Source: Cyanobacteriota bacterium
GTDB taxonomy: Bacteria; Cyanobacteriota; Cyanobacteriia; Thermostichales; Thermostichaceae
Assembly: GCA_033764955.1 (NCBI GenBank)
Contig: JANRIL010000010.1
Location: forward strand, 1-64,000
Length of the DNA stretch: 64,000 nucleotides
Direction: 5' to 3'
Part shown: positions 30,478 to 38,570 of the stretch, in pieces
How the letters are laid out: the number at the start of each line of letters is the position of its first letter
How positions within the stretch are numbered: position 1 is the first letter of the stretch
Translations under genes and position numbers: made by a program
The notes under the pieces: generated by a model
What the model was told of the DNA's origin: nothing
Database searches by the model: none
What the model saw: only the letters and a program-made list of their open reading frames with translations

Positions 30478-31266
30478 TCAGTAGTTGATCTGGAGGGTGA
30501 CTCTCGCGGAAATGCGCTGATCTCCGCCTATCACGGGAGTTGGCGCGTCGGAACGAACCATATTGTAGGCTTCTACGGATTCTGGGCGCATCACAATCGG
30601 CGGGCTATCGCTGGCATCGACTTGAATGGTTTGAACGGACTGAATCGTCAAGTTGAGGACAGACAACACATCAGTAGCCTGGGTTTGGGCATCCTGAACC
30701 GCCGACTGGAGCGCCAGTTTTCGCCCAGCTTTGACTACACTTTCGGTGGCTTTGAAACTGACCGATTCCACTTGTGTGGCTCCTGCCGCAATCGCCTGAT
30801 CCAAAATTTGACCCGCTTGATCAATGGGCACCTCAAACTGAACCGAGTTTTGCCCTTGCACCCCGATGGGTTTGGCTTGCCCATCTTTGTATTCATAGCG
30901 GGGGTTCAGGGAGATACCTGTGGTTTGTAGTGCTTGCACACGCAAATCCTTGAGTTTTTGCACTAACTCTCCCGACTGTTGCGCCACCTGCTGCTGCACC
31001 TGTTGCGCCGAAGTTCCATCGATCAAGACCCCTAGGCGCACCACCGCTATCGAAGTCTCCACCGCCACGGATCCCTGGCCCGTTACCGTCAAGAGACGGG
31101 GGGGATTATTTTCTGCTCCCACAACCGGATGACTCAACATAATGCTCCACCACCCCAAACAACTGATCAACAAAACCAGCAGCCCAATCCACCCCCGCCA
31201 CCCCTGTTGCGGGATCCGGAAGTGGTGGGTGGATATAGCCCCTAACCAAGGTTTTGGCAGTTTCAT
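30478..31266 (-). CDS. SIMPL domain (DUF541) protein
   Basis: LTVTGQG, LQTTGISLNPRY, ALQSAVQDA. Confidence 0.9.
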   Translation of the reverse strand: MKLPKPWLGAISTHHFRIPQQGWRGWIGLLVLLISCLGWWSIMLSHPVVGAENNPPRLLTVTGQGSVAVETSIAVVRLGVLIDGTSAQQVQQQVAQQSGELVQKLKDLRVQALQTTGISLNPRYEYKDGQAKPIGVQGQNSVQFEVPIDQAGQILDQAIAAGATQVESVSFKATESVVKAGRKLALQSAVQDAQTQATDVLSVLNLTIQSVQTIQVDASDSPPIVMRPESVEAYNMVRSDAPTPVIGGDQRISARVTLQINY

Positions 31267-31435
31267 CCCGTTCTTCTCCTAAGCATGTCGCTCCTAGCCT
31301 AGCCAAGTCCCCCCTGCTCGTGAGTGCCGGATCAAAAATAGTAACGAAAAGTCGGTGCAAAGAACGCTTGAGAGATCGACCAAAACCTGAGTAGAGTCAA
31401 GTATTGTCCAGATAGGCCAAAGCATTGGGAAATCC

Positions 31436-32362
31436 ATGACTGGGTTACGCTCGGTGACAATAGGGGAAGTTTTGTTGGATGTTTTTCCAGATGGTCAGGT
31501 GGTTTTGGGGGGAGCACCCTTTAACATTGCTTGGCATCTGCGGGGGTTTGAACTGAATCCCCTCCTGATTACTCGGATTGGCCAGGATGCCTACGGTGAC
31601 AAAATTTGGCACGCCCTCGAATCTTGGCATCTCGACACCCAAGGGATCCAAATCGACCCAGACCACCCCACAGGCCGCGTCGAAGTCACCTTGCCAGCCG
31701 GACAGCCCCACTTCCACATTCCCCCCGATCAAGCCTTTGACTTTATTGAAGGATCTTTGGCCTTAGCCGCCATCCAAGCTCACCCCTGCCGTTTGATCTA
31801 CCACGGAACCCTTGCCACTCGCACCCTTGCCGCCCGTCAAACTCTTTTGGATCTGCATCAGGTTAGCCAACTGCCGCTGTTTCTGGATCTCAACCTACGG
31901 GATCCCTGGTGGGATCGAGATTGGCTCGATCAGGTGATGCAGACGGCCACCTGGGTAAAAATGACGGAAGCAGAGCTAGCCACCCTACGGGATCCCCACC
32001 CCCTCAGCCGCACCCAATTACCTCCGGCAGCCTGTCACCTCCACAGCCAGTATGGTTATGCCTTTTTGGCCGTAACGATGGGAGAGGACGGAGCCATGCT
32101 GGTCCTTCCCGACCGACTGCTCAGCCAGACCGCTCCCGTGGTGGATCCCATCTGCGATACGGTGGGAGCGGGGGATGCTTTTAGTGCTGTGCTGATCCTA
32201 GGGATCCATGAGGAGTGGAGAGCGGATGTGATGGTGCAGCGAGCCATTCAGTTTGCCTCGGCCACCTGCCGTTATCCCGGAGGGACAATAGCGGATCGCG
32301 GGTTTTATCAACGGTTTTGGGATCAATGGCAAGCGGATGACGAAGATTCCCTGACTTCCTAG
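31436..32362 (+). CDS. PfkB family carbohydrate kinase (fructokinase-like)
   Basis: GGAPFNIA, DLNLR, DTVGAGDAF. Confidence 0.92.
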   Translation: MTGLRSVTIGEVLLDVFPDGQVVLGGAPFNIAWHLRGFELNPLLITRIGQDAYGDKIWHALESWHLDTQGIQIDPDHPTGRVEVTLPAGQPHFHIPPDQAFDFIEGSLALAAIQAHPCRLIYHGTLATRTLAARQTLLDLHQVSQLPLFLDLNLRDPWWDRDWLDQVMQTATWVKMTEAELATLRDPHPLSRTQLPPAACHLHSQYGYAFLAVTMGEDGAMLVLPDRLLSQTAPVVDPICDTVGAGDAFSAVLILGIHEEWRADVMVQRAIQFASATCRYPGGTIADRGFYQRFWDQWQADDEDSLTS

Positions 32363-32377
32363 GATCGGTTATCTGTT

Positions 32378-32433
32378 CGATAACGACTCCGTTCCCCCGC
32401 CGCAGTGGTGTCGGGTACAAACGTTTATTGGGG
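32378..32433 (-). mobile_element. attC-like site 1 (degenerate), downstream of the DUF5946-like gene
   Basis: Minus strand CCCCAAT AAACG TTTGTACCCG...CGGGGGAAC GGAGTC GTTATCG. Confidence 0.5.
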
Positions 32434-32439
32434 ACGTGA

Positions 32440-32946
32440 TTATGCGATATTGCACTTCCTGACAAACCTCTGAACTACGTGATGATAAGCTGACCAAGCA
32501 TTCCAAACATTTCTTGCCCATTGATCAACCAGTTTTTGATGCTCTGGAAAATCTCTTGCCTTGACAATATCTAACACTGTCATTCGCCCATTTGGGGCAG
32601 GCGGATCCAACCATACAAACTGGCTTGCATATTCTAGTAATCTACCAATAGCATGGGTAGCTTCAGCGCCTTCAAGTCCTTTTTCAACCATAAGATATAG
32701 ACTGATCAGGTGTGTATTGACTGACTGAATGGATTGACGTGAGGGTTTGCCGGGATGTTGAACAGCGTAAGTATCCACTGTCAACCGATGCACTGTTTCA
32801 GGGTAACCATATTTACCATATTCTTTAGCAAGAATTTCGCCATAGATTTCCCAGCAACCTGCACATGCACCAATGTACTTGTGTGGTTCTCCAGGAATAT
32901 CTTTGACCCAAGCACCGCATCCATAACATTGGATTCGTTTAGTCAT
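32440..32946 (-). CDS. DUF5946-like protein, probable gene cassette
   Basis: CYGCG, GCWEIYG, VDTYAVQHP; AT-richer than host genes. Confidence 0.75.
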   Translation of the reverse strand: MTKRIQCYGCGAWVKDIPGEPHKYIGACAGCWEIYGEILAKEYGKYGYPETVHRLTVDTYAVQHPGKPSRQSIQSVNTHLISLYLMVEKGLEGAEATHAIGRLLEYASQFVWLDPPAPNGRMTVLDIVKARDFPEHQKLVDQWARNVWNAWSAYHHVVQRFVRKCNIA

Positions 32947-32995
32947 TGGATTCGTGTAGTTATTGTGTCACTAAGTTTTATTGATTTGAGGAAAT

Positions 32996-33074
32996 TACTA
33001 ACGCAGTGGCGGCAAGCAACCTTGGATTTGGCACCACTCACTCCCAACTGTCCGCTGCATTTGAATTGTTGGGC
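32996..33074 (-). mobile_element. attC-like site 2, downstream of the GNAT gene; L' half apparently deleted
   Basis: Minus strand GCCCAAC AATTC AAATGCAGCGGAC...GCCGCCACTGC GTTAGTA. Confidence 0.65.
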
Positions 33075-33103
33075 GGATCGCTATCCACTTACCATTTCTA
33101 GAT

Positions 33104-33559
33104 TCAGAACTCACATCGCATCACAAGTTCACCGTTCTCTTCTTTTCCGGTGTAAACAAAACCCATCTTCTCGTAGAACGGACCGGGACCACCTTTGGCT
33201 GGCACACAACTTGTTTCAACCCCATGTGCTCCAGGGCGAGTCTTGACATGTGCCAAGAACAACTCCATCGCCTTTCGCCCATACCCACACCCCTGGTATT
33301 GCTCATCTATCATAAAGCGCCACAGAAAATACTCTTGTTGAGCTACGTTGTCTTCCAACATCAAAAAACCGACTGGCACATCACCTGCGTAGATTGCACG
33401 GAACCAAGCAACCTCTGGATTGAAATGCGCTTCTGCAATAGACATGGCGTTGGATGCTACAAATTGCTCCTGATGCGGGGCTACCTTTAAGCGTAGGATA
33501 TCACTCCAGTTTTCTTTAGTTATCTCGCGCAGCGTTACTTCGATGCCGGACTTGAACAT
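33104..33559 (-). CDS. GNAT N-acetyltransferase (spermidine/diamine acetyltransferase-like), probable gene cassette
   Basis: LREITKENW, QEQFVASN, WRFMIDEQYQGCGYG, FYEKMGF. Confidence 0.88.
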   Translation of the reverse strand: MFKSGIEVTLREITKENWSDILRLKVAPHQEQFVASNAMSIAEAHFNPEVAWFRAIYAGDVPVGFLMLEDNVAQQEYFLWRFMIDEQYQGCGYGRKAMELFLAHVKTRPGAHGVETSCVPAKGGPGPFYEKMGFVYTGKEENGELVMRCEF

Positions 33560-33634
33560 ACCGAGTATCCTCCTTAAACAATGTCTTTTAAGGATAGTTT
33601 CTTATTCAGAAACACACCCCCCACCACATCTGCC

Positions 33635-33657
33635 GCCCAACGTTCCGGTTAAGCAGC
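33635..33657 (-). mobile_element. Right half (L'-R') of attC-like site 3, upstream of the GNAT cassette
   Basis: Minus strand GCTGCTTAAC CGGAAC GTTGGGC; R' is complementary to R'' GCCCAAC at 33068-33074. Confidence 0.65.
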
Positions 33658-33854
33658 TACTGAATACAGCTCTTTTGGTGATTATCAAGCACGGCTTTGC
33701 CCCTCTCTTTCATAGAAGACGGTTTAACAGTAAGTGGTGATTGGGATGATCCGTAGCGGATAATTCACGTGTAAATTTGGTACTACCATGGCTCTGTTGT
33801 CGTTCTAGTTGACGAGAATATTTGGCTGTCAAAACCTGAGCCAGATTCAAAAAA

Positions 33855-34166
33855 TTAGTCTAAATAAGCTCGTAATTCTGCTTCCAGAGTGGGCAACTCT
33901 ACCTCACCCTGACTAAGCTCTTGCAGATCTTGTAGCTGGGCTTGTAGACGGGTAATGCGTTCTTGCAGATAACTCTTGATATTGTTAGCACCGAGAGCCA
34001 CACAACTGCGGCAGGCTTCTCCATAGATCCGTCCCTGATCGTTGTAAATCACGGCAATCAAGGAGGGCTGCCCTCGCCCCCGTTGAGGATTCACCCAGCG
34101 TCCACAGATCAAGCAGGGAATGGGGCTGCTCCCGCCATAAATACTTTGTTCCCAAACAATTTTCAT
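33855..34166 (-). CDS. Conserved cyanobacterial hypothetical protein with two CxxC pairs
   Basis: CLIC...CRSC followed by coiled coil. Confidence 0.7.
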   Translation of the reverse strand: MKIVWEQSIYGGSSPIPCLICGRWVNPQRGRGQPSLIAVIYNDQGRIYGEACRSCVALGANNIKSYLQERITRLQAQLQDLQELSQGEVELPTLEAELRAYLD

Positions 34167-34235
34167 GGGATCCCCCTCGTCTTGCCAACGGATTGATCAC
34201 TGCTTGAGCCCGTGATGGTTAATCACCGGGATGCC

Positions 34236-34682
34236 TCAGTCTGCCATCTCAAAATCGACAAAGTCAAACCCTGGCACCACCACACATCCCACCAGCGCAT
34301 AGCCCTTCTCTCCCGGCAAAGCCTCCGCCGACTGCCACGCCAGAGCCGGCACAAGGGCTTGATAGCAGGGAGATTCCCCCAGGCAATAGGTCATCGGATC
34401 CTGATGATCGGGGCAGACTTTCAGTTGCAAGGGATCCCCAGCCTGATGGAGCCACAATTCTTCGGAGCGCACGCGATGCCAGCGGGATTGACAACCTGTG
34501 GGCAAGAGAAACAAAATCAGCGTGCCAGCCGCACGGCTGCCGGAATAGCCTCCAGGTAGCGCCTCCGCCGCCAAGGTTAAGGAGGAGCGCCAGGTTTCGC
34601 GGTAGTAGCCTCCTTCAGGGTGGGGCTGCAAGTGGAGATCTTTAATCAGTTGCGTGACTGGCAGAGATAGCTGAGGCGACAT
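34236..34682 (-). CDS. Cupin_5 (DUF985) protein
   Basis: LQPHPEGGYYRETW, WHRV, CVVVPGFDF. Confidence 0.9.
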   Translation of the reverse strand: MSPQLSLPVTQLIKDLHLQPHPEGGYYRETWRSSLTLAAEALPGGYSGSRAAGTLILFLLPTGCQSRWHRVRSEELWLHQAGDPLQLKVCPDHQDPMTYCLGESPCYQALVPALAWQSAEALPGEKGYALVGCVVVPGFDFVDFEMAD

Positions 34683-34685
34683 GGG

Positions 34686-35729
34686 TTAGGCGGAGAGAGA
34701 GGGGGGTGAGTAACGCTCCATCAAATAACACAAACAATCCTGTTGGATGATCGTGGCATTGAGGGTCAGCATACTGGGCATGACGGGGGTACGGGTGACA
34801 ATTTGGTTGTTGACAATCTGAAAGTAGCGCTCCCCCACTTCCTCTCCCGTTTCATCGATCACCTGCAATGGCAACTTAACGGTCGGGTGGCCGAGATGAG
34901 CAATTACTGTCTGGGCAGATAGTTCTTGAAAATTGAGGTGATCTAAATGGGGGGGAAACAAAACATGGCAGGTGGGATCCATAGCTTTTGGCTGAGCGGG
35001 ATCGGGATCGGCAAAATCAAAGCGGATGGAATCGGGCACTCGCACCGTCGCCACCGTATGAAACAGGTTGAGATCCTGGGGGGCTACGGGACGGTCGGGA
35101 ATATGGGAAAGGCGCAGACAATCCTGTAGGTATTGCCAAGCATGGCTGACCCCGTGGGGCTGATCGGGTTTGCCACACTCCAAGACCACCGCCGGACAGA
35201 ACTCCCCAAAAGCCGCCGACTGGGTTCCGGCGGGACGGGTGAAGTAGAGCACAATCGAGCCAAACAGGGTAGCCAGTTGTAGAAATGGCGGATCGAGGCG
35301 GTTGAGGCAGGCGTAATGGGGGTTGAGTCCGGTGTTGTTGTGAATATCCAAGCTGGCAAACACGCCCCGTTGCCGCATTTGTTCGATCACCGCCGCCGCC
35401 ATACCGTGTTCGGGACGGGATCCCTTTAGCCAGATCCGGTTATAGTCCGGCTGTTCATCCAGATGACGACGACCGTAGCGGGCCGCGGCCACATTGCCAA
35501 TCAACAGAGACAAGGCGCGGGGCAAGCCGGTTGAGATCTGCTCTTGTAAAAGCTGCCGCACCGCCAGCCAGCCCGTGTCTTCGTTGCCATGCAACAGAAC
35601 GGAGACAAAGAGGGGGGGATTGTGTTTCCCCGGCAGGTGGATCAAAGTGGGACCAGTCAGGATCTCGTGCAGTTGGGGGGCAGTTCGATCCAGCAAACCA
35701 GCGGGGAGATAATCAAGGGTGGTCAGCAT
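34686..35729 (-). CDS. M14-like metallopeptidase (succinylglutamate desuccinylase/aspartoacylase family)
   Basis: LHGNE, DYNRIW, LDIHN, VLECG. Confidence 0.85.
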   Translation of the reverse strand: MLTTLDYLPAGLLDRTAPQLHEILTGPTLIHLPGKHNPPLFVSVLLHGNEDTGWLAVRQLLQEQISTGLPRALSLLIGNVAAARYGRRHLDEQPDYNRIWLKGSRPEHGMAAAVIEQMRQRGVFASLDIHNNTGLNPHYACLNRLDPPFLQLATLFGSIVLYFTRPAGTQSAAFGEFCPAVVLECGKPDQPHGVSHAWQYLQDCLRLSHIPDRPVAPQDLNLFHTVATVRVPDSIRFDFADPDPAQPKAMDPTCHVLFPPHLDHLNFQELSAQTVIAHLGHPTVKLPLQVIDETGEEVGERYFQIVNNQIVTRTPVMPSMLTLNATIIQQDCLCYLMERYSPPSLSA

Positions 35730-37160
35730 CTAATCGAGATCCCAGGCATGGACAGGAATACCACTCTGTTGGCGCTGCCAATAGGCGCGGGTTAATTGTT
35801 GCATATTGTTTCCATGTTTAGCACAGTAGCGCTGTTGCCAGATGGCTCCATTTTGGCTGTGGCTGAGCCGTGCCGCGATAATTCCTAAATAGTGATCGAT
35901 GTCGTCGCCACTCACACACAGATCCATCAAACCTTGGCGAGCCTGCGGCAGTAACACCTCTTGGATCAGGGGGAGGAGGGGGCGCGGATGGGAAGGATCC
36001 CACCAGATCACCGAGGCACTCAATCCATGCTGAGCCGCTTGATAAAAATTGCTGCGAGCGTGGGCAAAGGACAGTTGCGATTCGGGAGCTATCTCTTGGC
36101 TGGCGAGTGACTGCATTAATCCCAGGAAAAACGCTAGGTTAGCCATCATGTCGCTGACAGTGGGACCAGCGGCCAGACTGCGGTGTTCGAGGCGTAGGTG
36201 TGGGCGCTCCCCATCCACGCCAATCAGGGGGCGGTTCCATCGCCAGATCGTGCCATTGTGCAAGCGTAGGTGAGGCAACTGAGCCGGATCAGCCTCCATC
36301 AAAACGGGTAGCAGAATCGGATAGTTATGCAGATTTTCTTGAAAGCACTCCAAAAGAGAGTGTTGGACGTAGTGGGTGCCAAAACTGACCCGCTGCCGTG
36401 GAGATGTGGGGGTCGGGATCCCGTCAATAGCTTGTTCAAAGAGGGGAATGCGGGTTTCCTGCCAGAGATCGTGACCCAAAAAGTAGGGGGCATTGGCTCC
36501 CAACGCAACCGTGGGGGCGGAGGCAATCTGAGCGGCATTAAACAGTCGCACCGCTTGATCGGGATCCACCTGCACATGAATTTGAAAGGAGGTGGTGGCG
36601 GACTCTAGCATGATGATGTCGGCGTGCTGCATAGTTAAGGGATGGCGACCTGAGATATTTAGACCCAGCTCTTGTCCCTGGCGCAGACGCAGAACCTGCT
36701 CACTCAAAGCATAGTAGCGCTCCATCGGAGAAATAGTTGCCAGAGTTAGCAGCGCCGGATTGAGGGTGGGCAGGATGCCAATCATCAACAGTTGTGCCTC
36801 CAGATCCTCTGCCCCCTGACAACATTGCTGCCAGGTTTCAGCCAGTTCCGCCGCCATTTGACTGAGGGCTTTTTCCCGCAAAGGCTGAGGGGTGCCGTTG
36901 ATTTCTACATTAAACTGAGCCAGTTCCGGCACCACCAGAGGATTATTCATGTGGCGCAAGTAGGCTTGATTGATCGGATTGGGATCCCCTGTGGGTGTGA
37001 TCAAACACGCTTCCAGTTCAAAGCCCGCCACCGGATGCACCTGTTCAAACCGATTGTCCTCAAACCATCTGGCTAGCAGAGCTGTTTCCGCTTGCAGATG
37101 GTGGGCAAACCGTTGAAAGTCCGCTTCGCTAAAGCTGTGGCTGGCAATCTCCTGACCCAT
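35730..37160 (-). CDS. Glutamate-cysteine ligase family (GCS2-like) carboxylate-amine ligase
   Basis: GFELE, ELAQFNVEIN, SFQIHVQ, ETRIPLFEQ, HNGTIWRWNRP, LRLEHR. Confidence 0.85.
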   Translation of the reverse strand: MGQEIASHSFSEADFQRFAHHLQAETALLARWFEDNRFEQVHPVAGFELEACLITPTGDPNPINQAYLRHMNNPLVVPELAQFNVEINGTPQPLREKALSQMAAELAETWQQCCQGAEDLEAQLLMIGILPTLNPALLTLATISPMERYYALSEQVLRLRQGQELGLNISGRHPLTMQHADIIMLESATTSFQIHVQVDPDQAVRLFNAAQIASAPTVALGANAPYFLGHDLWQETRIPLFEQAIDGIPTPTSPRQRVSFGTHYVQHSLLECFQENLHNYPILLPVLMEADPAQLPHLRLHNGTIWRWNRPLIGVDGERPHLRLEHRSLAAGPTVSDMMANLAFFLGLMQSLASQEIAPESQLSFAHARSNFYQAAQHGLSASVIWWDPSHPRPLLPLIQEVLLPQARQGLMDLCVSGDDIDHYLGIIAARLSHSQNGAIWQQRYCAKHGNNMQQLTRAYWQRQQSGIPVHAWDLD

Positions 37161-37388
37161 AGTGGCTCACGCTAATGCTCAAGAGGTGGCTGGATAGGGA
37201 TTGATCATGGCATCTATATCCCCATAGCACCACCATACAATACCCCTCCCCAAAAAGCGGAGGCCAATGCCGTCAAGCCATCTTTGGCCTTGGTCTTTTC
37301 AACATCACATAGTCTTTTCAACGTCAATGCTACTGGGGCTACGGCGTTGTCAAGGCTACGATAAGGAAACGTTCTCCTCCTGATCGGC

Positions 37389-38570
37389 ATGACCTTGGAT
37401 TTTCGATTTGGCATTATCAGTGATCTGCATATTGCCCTCCCCCATACAGTCTGGGATCACCCCAGTCGTTTTCATTTAGTGGAGGTGAGTATTCCGGCGC
37501 TGGAGATTGTCTTAGCGGAATTAGCCGAGCTGGATCTGGATTTTCTCCTCTTACCGGGGGATTTAACCCAGCACGGCGAACCGGATAACCATACGTGGCT
37601 GGCTGAACGGCTCCACCAACTGCCTTATCCTGTTTATGTTGTGCCGGGAAACCACGATATTCCCTGTCTAAAAAATAATGGACATTCGATTGGAGTGAAT
37701 GACTTTACCCATTATTATCAGCCCTTTGGTTATCAGGATCTCACCCAGCTCTATTATACTTGTTCACTCCTTCCCCATGTGCGTTTGATTGGTCTCAATT
37801 CCAATCAATTTGATCCACAAGGTCGTCTGTTTGGCGGGCTGGATCAACAACAACTTATCTGGCTAGAAAACGCTCTGCAAGAGGCATCAGAAGAACTAAT
37901 TTTGGTGATGGTGCACCACAATGTTGTGGAGCATCTGCGCGGTCAATCTCAACATGGATGGGGTCGCCGCTATATGATTAAGAATGCTTCCGAGTTAATC
38001 CGAATTTTGCAGCGTTATGGTGTTCAACTGGTTTTTACGGGACATTTACATATTCAAAATATTGCCTGCCGTAAGGGAGTTTATGATATTACCACGGGAT
38101 CGTTGGTCAGCTATCCTCACCCCTATCGTATTTTGCGGGTGACGGGGGATCGGCATCATTCATCGGGGGCTTGGCAGATTCATATTCAATCTCGACGAGT
38201 GGAAGCTGTTGAGGAATGGCCGAATTTACAACATTTTTCCAGAGAGTGGATGGCCAATCGCAGTACCCCGCTGATGGAGCAGTTTTTAGCAGCGGATCCC
38301 CTCAATTTTTCGGGAGAACAGGCCAGAACTTTTGCCCCCCATTTGCGCTACTTGTGGGCAGACATTGCTGCTGGAGATGCCCATTTATGGTTCCCTGAAT
38401 TTCCGCTGGCAGCCCGTCATTATCTCGAAAAAATGAATCGCTCCGTCAGTTGTGATCCCGATATTCCGATTACTTCCGATAATCAAACGACTTTATCCCT
38501 ACAGCCCCGCTCCACAAAAGTTGGCTTGGCTAGCCCAGCGTTGTCGGCGAGTCCGCTGGCTCGTGAATAG
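37389..38570 (+). CDS. Calcineurin-like metallophosphoesterase
   Basis: SDLH, GDLT, PGNHD, HH, TGHLH. Confidence 0.9.
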   Translation: MTLDFRFGIISDLHIALPHTVWDHPSRFHLVEVSIPALEIVLAELAELDLDFLLLPGDLTQHGEPDNHTWLAERLHQLPYPVYVVPGNHDIPCLKNNGHSIGVNDFTHYYQPFGYQDLTQLYYTCSLLPHVRLIGLNSNQFDPQGRLFGGLDQQQLIWLENALQEASEELILVMVHHNVVEHLRGQSQHGWGRRYMIKNASELIRILQRYGVQLVFTGHLHIQNIACRKGVYDITTGSLVSYPHPYRILRVTGDRHHSSGAWQIHIQSRRVEAVEEWPNLQHFSREWMANRSTPLMEQFLAADPLNFSGEQARTFAPHLRYLWADIAAGDAHLWFPEFPLAARHYLEKMNRSVSCDPDIPITSDNQTTLSLQPRSTKVGLASPALSASPLARE

